Source: Guillardia theta CCMP2712
Taxonomy: Eukaryota > Protista > Cryptophyta
Length of the DNA stretch: 32,355 bases
Assembly (NCBI RefSeq): GCF_000315625.1
Contig: NW_005434646.1
Span: 704,380-736,734, forward strand
Direction: 5' to 3'
Under the pieces are notes generated by a model that saw only the letters and a program-made list of their open reading frames with translations, was not told the origin of the DNA and did not search any database. How positions within the stretch are numbered: position 1 is the stretch's first letter; each line of letters starts with the position of its first letter. A program made the translations under genes and the position numbers. Of this stretch, positions 10,985 through 24,916 are shown piece after piece.

Positions 10985-11177
10985 CCGAAGTGACTCAGTG
11001 AGGCTGACCGGATGACCGGCAGTGCGCCTGACCACTGGCGGTTGGGCGGCGATTATTAAAAGCATCGTACGAATACTGACCTACTGTGCCATGACAAGGT
11101 TGGGCGGCAGCAGCAGCGGCAGCAGAAGCGGCAACAGCCTCCTCCTCGGGCAAGGGCCGACGCGGCCTCAGGGCCTG

Positions 11178-11440
11178 CTAGACGGCCCCCCTGGATACTA
11201 GCCTCCTCCCGTCACCGTCTCCACAGGCCTTCCCCTCGCTGTCAGCGTCGCGATCGCTTCTCGCAGGCACGTGTCGGACAGAAAGAAGTGACGGAGAGCA
11301 ACCTGCAGCTTCTCAGCCCTGGCGGTACTCTTGTCCTCCTCCCTTGTCAAGTTCTTGCTCGCTCTCTTGTCCTCCTGCCCTCCCACCTCCCTGATCCTCT
11401 TCGCTTGTTTCTGCTCCTATTCCACATCACCTCGCATCTC

Positions 11441-11521
<81 letters not shown>

Positions 11522-14500
11522 CTTGTTCCTCCGGCTGCTTTTGCTCACAGCAATATGTGCAGCAGCAGCTCGGCAGACGGTCTTGATGGATTCTCGCATC
11601 TCTCGCCCGGCGGCAGCTGTAGATGAGGTAAGGAGCAGGAGCAGAAGCAGAAGCAGAAGCAGAAGCAGAAGCAGAAGCAGAAGCAGTAGCAGGAGCAGGA
11701 GCAGGAGCAGAAGCAGAAGCAGGAGCAGGAGCAGAGCAGGAGCAGGAGCAGAAGCAGAAGCAGGAGCAGGAGCAGAAGCAGGAGCAGAAGCAGGAGCAGA
11801 AGCAGGAGCAGGAGCAGGAGCAGGAGCAGAAGCAGGAGCAGAAGCAGGAGCAGGAGGAATACCATGGTCAGCAAACAATAGCTCGACGACCTGGAGTAGA
11901 GGTTACGGTGCGCACCAATCAAGAGATAAGAGGAGAAGACAAGAGGAGAAGACAAGAGGAGAAGACAAGAGGAGAAGACAAGCGGAGAAGACAAGAGGAG
12001 AAGACAAGAGGAGAAGACAAGAGGAGAAGACAAGAGGAGAAGACAAGAGGAGAAGACAAGAGGAGAAGACAAGCGGAGTGTCTCACGGCTTGAAGCTGAG
12101 ACGTTGCCGGATGAAGGCAAGGGATCTAGTGAAGCATCAAGGCATGCGAGGAAGAGAAACTGAGCTGACAGCAAAAGATCCGGTCGGACAAGATTGCCGA
12201 GAGGTAGATCGACTCTGCGACAGAAGATGAGTCAGAATCTTCTCCCTCCTCCCTTCCTCGCTCTCATATTCCTCCCTCCTCCCTTCCTCGCTCTCATATT
12301 CCTCCTCCTCACCCTTCGTCGTACTGTGGATGCTCGGTCGTGATGCTCTCAACGAAAACTTCACGCCCCTCCTGCATCGCTGCACCTGACCAAGTACGAG
12401 GATGAGAGGAAAAGCAGGGAGGAGGGAGGGAGGAGAGAACAGAGAGGGAGGTCCAATACCAGCGATTCCCGTCATCTGGACAGGAGCAAGGTGATATCCT
12501 GTGCTACTGCGCGAGAGAACTGCGAGGAGATCAAGAGGAGAGGAGGAGAGGAGGAGAGGAGGAGAGGAGGAGGAGAGGAGGAGGAGAGGAGGAGAGGAGG
12601 AGAGGAGGAGAGGAGGAGGAGAGGAGGAGAGGAGGAGGAGAGGAGGAGAGGAGGAGAGGAGGAGAGGAGGAGAGGAGGAGAGGAGGAGAGGAGGAGAGGA
12701 GGAGAGGAGGAGAGGAGGAGGAGAGGTCTGACCCAACATGCCCCAGCTCTCGCAGTCTCTCAAGCAAACGGTACAAGAATGACAACGCAGCACATCCTAA
12801 GGTTGCAGTGAGTTGGGGCGAAGGAGAGTGCAGGAGAGACCCGGCAGAACTTGTCGATCTTCTCGAGGAACTCGATGAGGCTCTTGTTCTTGCTGCTCAT
12901 GCTGTACATGCTCCCCCCCTCTCCCTCCATCAGCGGGAAACTCCGCGCGTGCAGGTTCACACAGGCCGCCTCCTGCAGTCGCTCCCAGCGAACCTGCGAA
13001 ACTCATGAACCAAGACCAGCGAGTGAGGAGGACACGACAAGAGGAGAAGTGAGAGGATGGTGACGAGGAGCAGGGGCAGGGGCAGGGGCAGGGGCAGGGG
13101 CAGGGGCAGGGGCAGGGGCAGGAGGGGGAGAAGGAGGAAGGGCAGGAGGGGGAGAAGGAGGAGGAGCTGGAGGAGCTGGAGCTGGAGCAGGAGGAAGAGG
13201 AGTGGCTAACTGAAGTTGCTGCGAGCGCATTGGTCGTCGCATTGAGAATCTGACGTGCAGCGAGCTGGTCGAGAGCGGACCGAACCCTCCTGCTCCAGTC
13301 GATGAGCGGAGGAAGAGAGGAGGAGAGAGGAGGAGAGAGGAGGAGAGAGGAGGAGAGAGGAGGAGAGAGAAGAAGTTTACGCTGCGAGAAACTCGAGGCT
13401 GATTCTGTCGGTCTCGTCGAAGATGAGCTTTCTCGCGCCTTCGCTTCTCCCGGCCACCACCAGCACCGCGACAGTTTGCTGCGAGTGCAGCGAAAGATGA
13501 GGCGAGGGTGACAAACGATCATGAAGAAGAAGAAGAAGCAGGAGGAAGCAGAAGGGGAAAGGGAGAGGCTAGGGGAGGCAGAGGACACAGTCTCACCATC
13601 ATCGCATCCTTCACCGGGTATGTCAGGACGGGAGATGCGGGAGGGCAGTCGAACATGGAGAGAAGATAATCGCCTTGAGCATCGCAGATGCTGAGAGGAT
13701 CTCCCTGATGGGAGGAGTGACGCGATAGAAAGACAGTGGGAGGGAGGGAGGGAGGGAGGGAGGGGAACGATAGGCAAACGAGAGGGTCAGGGTGAGACGG
13801 TAGAAGAACTTTGATGGAGGGGGCGAGGGCGTGGAATGAGCGGGAATGGAAGCAAGAGCACCGAAGAGAGAGTGAAGGAGAGAATGGCTGACTGGCTGAG
13901 ATTGAGAGTGTGAAGAATCTGCAGAAAATCATAAGAGAGTTGAAGAGAAGGATGATACGGGAGGAGGTAAGAGGAGGTCAGAGGTGGGGTACTGACTCCT
14001 TCCTTGGTCACGCTTGTCGCCTTGTCTCCCTCACTAGAGAGGAGGAGGAGAGCGCCGCACTCGGACTTGACGCAGTCCTGTGGAAGATCAGAGGAGAGAG
14101 GAGAGGGAGGAGGAGAAGGCAGACGGCAGCGAGCGATGCGATGAGCCTGCACATGTCGGAAGTGGAGGAGACAGAGGAGAGACTCGACGTGGCTTGCTCA
14201 AGCACCTGATCGGACTGTTGAGCAGCAGAAGCAGCAGCAGCAGCAGCATGCCGTCAGCGTGTATGCCTCCTGCTCGGCCTGCGACGATCGGCACTCGCTC
14301 GCCCACATCCTGAGCCTGAGGAAGGGCAGGAGAGGAGGAGGTCATGAAAGAGGAGGGAGGGAGGGAGGAGGGATACATGTGTCGGAGGAGGTCTGAATTC
14401 GCTTTCCTCCTCCTCTTGATGTTTCTGATGGTTGTGCTGACTGAGCTTGCGACTTGCTCGCCAGTCTTGGCGTCGGACTCGGAAAGTCGCTGACCGTCCG

Positions 14501-16089
14501 GTGAGGCGAGGATAACGAGCAGCAGGAGATAGGAGGCAGGAGGTGAAGGTCTAGCAAAGGAGGAAACGAAGTTGAGGTGAACGTGGAGTTTGATAAGAGG
14601 AGAACACGGAGAGGTGGTGGTGGTGATAAACGGAGAGGTGGTGGTGGTGGTGGTGGTGATGGAGAAAGAGGACAAGGAGGAGGTTAAAAGTCTATCAACT
14701 CACTTGGCTTTGTTGAGGAAGACGATGAGGCCGATCGCTTCCTCGTCCTGATGCGTCAGAGGGACCAGCAGGCCGTTACGCGCTTCCCTTCCGATGAGAG
14801 AAGAACAAGAAACCTGAAGGTGATGAGAACACACAAACAGACAGCTTCATGAGAGAGGAAGGGATGGATGGACGAACGGATTAATGGAGCGAAGAGAGGA
14901 GAGGAGAGGAGAGGAGAGGAGAGGAGAGAGGAGAGGACAGGAGAGGAGAGGAGAGGAGAGGAAAGGAGAGGAGAGGATGGTTTTGGTTTTAACAGCATTT
15001 GAGAGTCACCTTGACGGTCTTGTTTGAGGAGAGACAAGTCAGAAACATTCCTCGAGCTGTAAACTTCTTCTTCAGCTTGTCTCCTCCCGACAAGTTTCTT
15101 AAAATGGTCTCTTCCTCCCTTCCTCGCTCCTCCACCAGCACCAGCATCGCTGCCTCACACCCCACCAGCTTCGGCGTCCGGAGGGAGACGAGCTGGGCAA
15201 CTTCTCGCTCCTCCTCCACCTCCGCGAGCTTCACCGCCAGTTCCCAGACGCGCTGCTGCTGACGGAGAGCGAGTCTGACCTCCTCTACTTGCTCGAGGTC
15301 TCTCAGTCGCAGGCTGACGCTCCTTGCGATCCTCGTCGCCGCCTCCTCGCACGAGCTCCTGGAGAAACTTCCTTGGATGCTGTTGAGAGCCGCCATGACG
15401 CCCATCACCCGCCCCTCATGCACGCAGGGGATCGTGAGTATGCTTGAGATGCTCCCTCCAGGCTCAAGCAGACCATCCTCCTCTCCCTCCTCTCCCTCCT
15501 CTCCCTCCTCCTTCCCTTTCTGCTTGCGTCTTCCTTGCGCCTCTTCTTGCTTGCTTCTTGTCTGCATCTTGAGGGACAAGAAGGTTCGCCCGACGATCCC
15601 CGACCTGCTCTCTCGCCCTCAGCCTCTCGCTTGTCCCCCCCCCCCCCTCCTCCTCCCTCACCTCGGAGGCTCTTGAAGCGTCTGAGACCGACGACCGTCG
15701 AGGCGACGGGTCACGCGGCCCTCGCAGAGGTAGAGGATGGTGGCAGTAGCCTGAAGGAGCGAGAGGGAGGCAGCCTGAGCGGCATGGAAAAGCTCTTCAT
15801 GGTCTTTGGCCCTGTCGCAACAAATAAAGGAAGAAAGAAACGGAGAGGCGACGAGAAGAGGAGGAGGAGGAGGAGGAGGAGGAGGAGGAGGAGGAGGAGG
15901 AGGAGGAGCACGAGGAGGAGGAGGAGCACGAGGAGGAGGAGGAGGAGGAGGAGGAGGAGGAGGTGGGGCGAGAAGGAGGAGGGCTGGGAAGGACCTGTGG
16001 ATGTTCTCCAGCGCATCGGAGACTTTCAGAGCCAAAGACCAGCGACCCTTCCCTCCTCTGACGACATCCTCCCCCCCCTCCCCGGCCAT
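11178..16089 (-). CDS. Large multi-exon protein with about three tandem GAF-like domains and an unrecognised C-terminal part
   Basis: ATG at 16089 (MAGEGGED...). GAF-like signatures: SILTIPCVHEGRVMGVMAALNSIQGSFS; TPKLVGCEAAMLVLV...IGLIVFLNK..DGQRLSESD; VKSECGALLLL...PLSICDAQGD...PVLTYPV...VAVLVV...FDETDRISLEFLA. Many microsatellite-filled introns. The 3' end and whether this is one gene are uncertain. Confidence 0.65.
11441..11856. repeat. (CCTGCT)n at 11441-11520 and (GCAGAA/GCAGGA)n at 11632-11856, intronic
   Basis: Hexamer arrays visible on opposite strands; source of the poly-L/RS/AP/AG ORFs. Confidence 0.9.
11925..12076. repeat. (GAGGAGAAGACAA)n 13-bp minisatellite, intronic
   Basis: About 11 copies, directly visible. 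Confidence 0.9.
12535..12726. repeat. Pure-purine (GAGGAGAG)-type intronic tract
   Basis: Directly visible. Confidence 0.9.
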
Positions 16090-16437
16090 GCTTGACGCGG
16101 CCGTTGAAAATTGACAGCAGAGGTCAAAACGTAGGTGGACGAGCGAGAGAGCGACAGGAATGTGAGAGAGCATAGTATAGGAGGGGCGAGGGGCGAGAGG
16201 AGGGAGGGGGAGAGGGAGAGGGAGAGAGAGGGAGAGGGGGAGAGGGAGGGAGAGGGAGGGAGAGGGAGAGAAGAAAGGGAGGGAGGGGCGAGGGAGGGGC
16301 AGGGAGGGAGAGGGTAGGAGGGGAGGGAGAATTTGACAGGAAGAGGATTTACAATCTTTTCAACAAACATCTATCAACACATCAGGTCTTTTCAACAAAC
16401 ATCTATCAACACATCAAGCAGAAGCCACTTGCGCCTC

Positions 16438-19400
16438 TCACTCTCGCCAAACTTGTCCGGTCGATCCAGCAATCCTGCCGTGTATGTCACCACCAGCCCC
16501 CCCCCAACCCCCACCCCACCACCACCACCACCACCACCACTACCTCCTCCTCCTCCTCCTCCCCCTACCACTCCTTCTGCCCCTGCCCCTGCCCCTGCTC
16601 CTGCTTGCCCTCCTCCTCTTCGTCCTACCTGTCAGCTTCGGACACAAAAGGAGCGAAACATTCCTTCACTGCGTTGGCCAGAGCTTGTAGCTGTTGTTGT
16701 CCCTGTAACAAGATAAGCAGAGAAATGCTGTCAGGGTTAGGAGGGATGGAGAGGGGGGAGGAAAGCGAGCGAGCGAGCGAGGGGTCGCAGTTACAAAGGA
16801 GACCTCAGGAGTTGTCTTCATGAACTGGAAGCTTTGGTTGAAGAGGTTGTCATAGTTAGCCGACTCCAAAAGGTCCTCCGCTCCCCTACAGTCTCCCATC
16901 TGCTCGAGCATAGGACGACAGATCTGCGGGTTCTTTCTGCACGGGCTGGGTCAAGACAACTTGCTCCTCCTCTCCTCCTCCCCCTCTTCATCCTCTCGCA
17001 CCTTCGCGCCTCGTCATACTCGTCAGGGGTCACTCGCTCAAGAATGTGCCACATGCGGAAGATCCTGCAAACTCTCAGACAAGCAGGCGAGCTACCAACC
17101 CGCTCCCCCTTCCCCCCCCCCGCCCCACCCCAACCAGATTCCAAGTCTCACCTTCCCTCCTCGTTCCGCTCCTTGATAGAATGCACGCGAACTAGGAAGG
17201 GGTCGATCAGCTTGCCCGTCTGCCTCATCCCGTCACTTCGCCTCCTCCTGCCCTTCCTCTTCACCCGTGGGCATCGCCGGAGCAGCCTTGAGTAGCGAGT
17301 CAGCCTGTCCTGGTGGAGGGAGATGATATCGTCTGACAAACCCGTGAGCGCAGACAAGCAGCGGAGGAGAAGCAGAAGAGGAGGAAGCGGAGGAAGTTGA
17401 AAAGGAGAAGAGTTACATATGATTGTGCAGAAAAACTCCAGGTCTGAGTTAGGCAGCTCCGTATCCTTGTTACCCACGCGAGCGAGCATTTCATCGGGGT
17501 GCATATTAAGGAGGTTGGCGATGCCCGGGCTGATCTGCTCGGCTACTTGTCATTTCTCCTCCTCCCACAGCTCGTCGACCTCAAGCTTCGTCCTCCTCAG
17601 CGTCTCCGTGTTGATCTCCATGTTCCAGAACCTGAATAGCATTCGTCACAATCATCAACCACTCTCACCCCAACCTCCTCTTCCACTACAGCATCCTCTA
17701 CCGCTACCACCACTACCGCTTCCTCTTCCTCGCAGCTCAATTATCATCTTCATGCGCGTGCATCCCTTCCCCCTCCTCACCCGATATTTTCGTCCTTCAT
17801 CAGCAAGCTCTTGATCAGCTTCATGCTCTCTGCTCCTCCGTCAGCCTCACACGTGGTCTCCTGCTCTCACAGTCGCGCACCTCCGGGGGGCTCCGTCCTA
17901 CGCACAAGAGCTTGCTGGTTGCGCGCGTTATGCCTGTGAGGACGTCAAGACGTGGGAGAAAGGAAGTTGAGAGGGTTCAAGCAGTGGGAGGAGAAGAACC
18001 TGAAAATTTGCTCCATGGACCAGAGGCCCTTGTCCAGTACCGAGCGAACACTCGCAGGAAGTTCGTTGAACATCTTTGCGAGGCTGCACAAGAACTCAGA
18101 CCAGCCGGCGCCTTCCTCTTCCCTCACCCTGTCACGCTATACCCTGCCTCCCACACTCCCCGCATGATCGTTTGCGAGAGCCGCAACGAGGCAGCTTCGG
18201 GCCGCTGCGGTCTGTAAGGGACGAAGCGACTTGCTGACTTGAGCTCACCTGCCCCACGTCCGGCAGCTCGAGGTGCAGTGACGCTTGTATCGGACGTGAG
18301 ATCGAAGAGAGCACAACAGCTTGCGAAGTCTGCGGGGAGACAGGAGAGAAGGTTCGAGCAAAGGGGCCCAGGTCAAGATTGTCCGCGATGAGCGTCGGCG
18401 CCTGTTCCTCGCGGTTGACCTCAAGAACGAGAGTCGCGTCCAAGTTGCTGGTCTGGCTGCGAAATAGAAGGCGAAGGGAGCAGCAAACGTAGAGGACTGG
18501 CCCCTCGTCAACCTCCCAAGTCGTCGATCTCCTAAAGAATATGGAAGGAGACGACCTGAGCAGGACTTGCTTAGTTCACAATCGCCCTCTCACCCTCCTG
18601 TCCCACCACCCCACCCCACCCCCCTCTTCCTCTCTTCCTTCCTTTACCTCCCAACCCCTTCGGACCCCACGAATGCAAAGAAGGTGCTCCTGTCTTGGGA
18701 GCGAACAAGGTCCACCAGTGAGAGGCCGATGAGCTGAGACACTTGCTGGTCGAAGAGCCCAGCAGCTCCCCTGCTCACCTCGCTGCATACAAAGACAATG
18801 AGAAAAGTGCTGAGGGCCAAGTGCGTCGTACCATATGCTACAGCGAGATCCTCGCACGCTGACAAACGCCGAAGAAACGCTCGACATCAAGACTGGAGGT
18901 GAGAGAGTCACAGAGGAGCAAGGCAGGAGCAAGAATCGAACTCTGATGATGCAGGCTCAGTTCATGCGGCTGCGAGCCCTGCCCTCTTCGCCCCATTTCC
19001 TGTTGCTGAAGCTGTTTGATCCAACCGATACTATCTTGAAGAATGGTCAACAGCGATCGTCCTTGATCGCCATACGCTCTTGACCCCACACCCTTCGCCT
19101 GCTGCGACTTGACTGCAAGTACATCAGAATGACATATTCTCCTCCTCCTCCTCCTCCTCCTCCTCCTCCTCCTCCTGCACTCACACTCGCTCGGCACCAG
19201 GCGATCCAAGCGGAAGGCGAGAGACTTTCTGTCTTTCCTCACGTTGGGCTTCAAGGGGTGGCAGGCTGAGTGTGGATGAAGGGCTTCCACGAGGACTGAG
19301 GCTGGCGAGATCTGACCTTGAGCGATCCAAAGGATGCGAAACTCGAGGAAGTCAAAGCCGGATCCACCAGTCGCTCCTTCCTGCTTGACGTGCACGTTGT

Positions 19401-20149
19401 CGAGCCTCCTCACTCGAAGAAGTTTCGAAAGACTGCAAACAATCAGTGCTGTCAAAGAGCTCGAGTAAATCCACCTTGAAACTCCCGCCAGCGCCTGTTC
19501 GATAAAGAACCTCAACGTGTCGATCTCATCCTTCGCCACAATGTTGTACAAAGACACATCTCTCTCTGCCGCCATGCTCCCACAAAAGTGCTTTGCCGCG
19601 AGGCTCATGTTTCTGTGATTACGTCAGCCAAGCGCGTGCCAGAACAGCGAATATGTTGTGAGACCTGACGGTGAGGCTGGGGATGTGCGTCTCGAAGATC
19701 ATGCAGGTTCGGCTTGCAAGCAGCGCTGAAGTATGAATGAGGAGGAGAAGGAGCCAACATCAGGCATTACCCTCCTTCCATGAGATGGCAGAGGTTGCCG
19801 GCTGATGTAGCAGCTTCACTTGTGTGGGATGAAGCGCTTGTCCCTTGTCTCTCAGGTCGCGGATCAAAGAGATGGTGTCCTGCAAGATGGTGAACATGGA
19901 CCGCCCTGAACTCCCACAGGAACGAGATCCCACGCCCTTGACTTGCTTCGTTTTTGCTTCAAGCAAACTCGTTACTCACTCACTCTACAGCACACAGAAG
20001 CGGAAACCTTGTGCAGGTAGGAGGGCATCGATGGTTGCCAGCAGCTGCTTCTGTCGCTCTCTTTGATTCTTGAGCCAGTCCTTCCCCGAGCTTGCCGTCC
20101 CTCTCTTCGTGCCTAAACCCTCGTTCTGCTGGGCTCTCACGGCCTCCAT
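16438..20149 (-). CDS. Multi-exon putative transcription regulator with two HLH-like + PAS-like modules and a helical C-terminal domain
   Basis: Module 1: KNQRERQKQLLATIDALLP|AKTKQVKGVGSRSCGSSGRSMFTILQDTISLIRDL. Module 2: NVRKDRKSLAFRLDRLVPSE|KSQQAKGVGSRAYGDQGRSLLTILQDSIGWIKQL. PAS-like MSLAAKHFCG...SLYNIVAKDEIDTLRFFI follows module 1. C-terminal exons ISPGIANLLNMHPDEMLARVGNKDTELP...LEQMGDCRGAEDLL... end at TGA 16438-16440. Could be two genes. Confidence 0.6.
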
Positions 20150-20777
20150 CCTCTACCTCTTTCTTTGTCACTTGGCCAAGCCTCTTCTCCCTTGCCCGCG
20201 CTCGCTGGTTCGCTCGCCAATCTTCGCCATGCTTGTCTATCCGGTGAACCTCCAGTAATTAGCTCCGCCTTCAAAGTAACACTCCTTTCCTCAAAGCTTC
20301 AGCCTGCATGCCGCTCCACTCCTACTCTACCCAACTTGACGTTCCAGTCTGCTCCTTCCTGTTCTACTCTCCTCTCCTCTCCTCTCCTCTCCTCTCCTCT
20401 CCTCTCCTCGCGCTTCATCTCTCTGCGATAACACAACAACCATCCCCCAGTACCTAATAAAACCACCCTACCCCCACCCCTGGCTCCTGGTTCGCTTTAC
20501 CGTGATCTAGTACCCCCACTTGTTCGTCTTTTCCTCTGGAAAGACAGGGGGTGGTCAGGGGGGTGGTCCTTATGCCTGTTTTCCTATGAGCGACATTTCC
20601 ATACGGTGACATCCGACAGGGAGGGTTCAACTACATCACCCCTACCCCCTATCTTACTGTCAAGTACCCCTCAACATTACCATCCGTCAATAACCACCAC
20701 CCCCAAATTATCCCTATCTGGCTTCACCCACCCCGATCCCCCTTATCACCCCACCCTCTAGGGCGGGTCAAATCGCC

Positions 20778-23101
<2,324 letters not shown>

Positions 23102-23213
23102 ATGAGAGGCAGGTGAAGGACTAGAGGAAGAAGCCTGGAAATCTTTTCTCACGTTTATTCACACGCGGAGCAACCCGGAGCTGCTCTGCTATATGTACAA
23201 GAGGCTCTTCGTC

Positions 23214-24916
23214 TCAATACTTGTAGTTGGCTTGGAACAAACTCGACGTGTCTCCCGACCCGCCCGAATACTTTCCGAGCTGTTGTGTGCATGTCAACTA
23301 AATAGTACAGGATGGGAGAAAAAAGGCGAGATTGAAGCTAAGGTGAAGACAAGATTCTCACCTGAGCTTCTCCGTTGGCACGGCACCGATCGAGGAAGAC
23401 GTTTTGTGCCGCCTCTAGGTTGCTTTCCTCTCCTTTCCATGCCTTCAAGCACGACTGCTGCAACGCTCGACCGTACGAGAAAGTAAGAGCCCAAGGCTTC
23501 TTGGCCGGCATGACGTTCATTGCGTTCAAATTCAGCGTCGCTTCTTCCTCGGACTGGAGGCGACGCTAGTTAGAGCACGCGTGTCAGCTGCCTGAACCTC
23601 ACCTGACCCCCGCTGAGGAAGACGATGCCTGGGACAGCAACGGGGACGCAACGCTGAAGAGTTCGGATGGTGTAGGCTGCGATGTCCATGGAAGAGGCCC
23701 GAGCCTTGCTGTCTGAGCCAGGGCAGACCATGTTTGGCTTGAGGAGCGTTCCTTCCAGCAGCAGCTGCTGGTCTCGGATAGCCTTGTACACTTCCACCTG
23801 CACCTTCTCCGTCACTTGTGCTGTCCTCTCGATGTCGTGGTCGCCATCCATGAGGATCTCTGGCTCGATGATCGGAACAAGCCCGTTGCTCTGACAGATG
23901 GCACCTGCGACCAGGTCAGACGCTTGGGAGGAGAGCAGGCAACTAGGTGGGAAACAAGAGGAGCCCTCATATGCCAATAGTCATAGAAAGGTTTGTCATC
24001 AGGACGCATATCAGATCTCAAAGATATGTAGAAGAATCATCGGGTTCCAGCAAGGCCTCCAGAGGAGGACTGAGCTCATTGTCATCATCAACATCATCAC
24101 CGTATCGCGCGAGAGCCCAAGCATTCTCCTTGATCGCCACGTCCGACGGCTCGTTAGCAGAGATCTTGTAGACAGCTCTCCACTTGGCGAATCTCGCCCC
24201 CATCTTGTAGTACTCCTTGCACCTCTCCGCCAAGCCGTCAAGCCCTTGCGTGCTCGTCTCGCCGTCTGTTCCAGGAATGACCTCCAAGCCCTTGTCCACC
24301 TTGATGCCCACCACAATGCCAGCATCTTGCAGATACTTGATGAGAGGAGTCCCAGCCTTGTCCTTGGATCGGAGAGTCTCGTCATAGCAGATGACTCCTG
24401 ATATGTATTGATTCATCCCTGGCGTAGTGAAGAGCAGCTTCCGGTACCTACATTGCATTGACTAAACACAAGTTGAATAATTCCCCATCTTCTCTACCTG
24501 ATACGGTTTTCTTCAGTGTTCTCCACATTGATTGATGAAAAGCGTTTGCCTATCGTTCCGGTACTTTCATCTGCAGCAAGAATTCCTTTGCCAGGCGACG
24601 CAATGGCATTCTACAAAAAGGAATATCATGACCACTTCACACCACAAACATATGCAAAAATCATCTTGCTACTATTCACTCCCATTACCCCTCACGACCC
24701 TCTCTTGGTGCGATTCTATATTCCTGCTGGACTTGTGCATATGCCATTGCCTCCTTTCACCCATCTCCCTCCTCTCTCCTCACTTCTGTATCCTTGTCCG
24801 CCGCCCCTTCCCTGTGTGTTCGTCCCTTTCTGTTCTTCCTCCCCCTTCATCTTCTCCTTCGTGTCTCCTCACCGCTGTCTTGATCAGTTCGTCGCGGAAC
24901 GCTCCGGCTGCCGCCA
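23214..24916 (-). CDS. FBA: Fructose-bisphosphate aldolase class I, cytosolic type, 6 exons
   Basis: [15 protein letters not shown]|[24 protein letters not shown]...GIKVDKG...TQGLDGL...FAKWR...[13 protein letters not shown]...[11 protein letters not shown] (Schiff-base Lys)...FLSGGQ|SEEEA...[10 protein letters not shown]...ANGEAQ|LGKY...ANYKY*. No signal or transit peptide. Confidence 0.97.

Noticed and set aside
10184-11065. SQSV-repeat ORFs
   Set aside because: Translations of the (TGAC)n array, with no evidence of coding.
11288-12811. Poly-L, RS, AG, EEERRRGG and EEKTRGEDKRRRQ ORFs
   Set aside because: Translations of intronic micro- and minisatellites; not SR proteins.
16355-16416. 30-bp direct repeat (similar local duplications at 9451-9490 and 12243-12303)
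   Set aside because: Two-copy slippage duplications in non-coding DNA with no sign of function.
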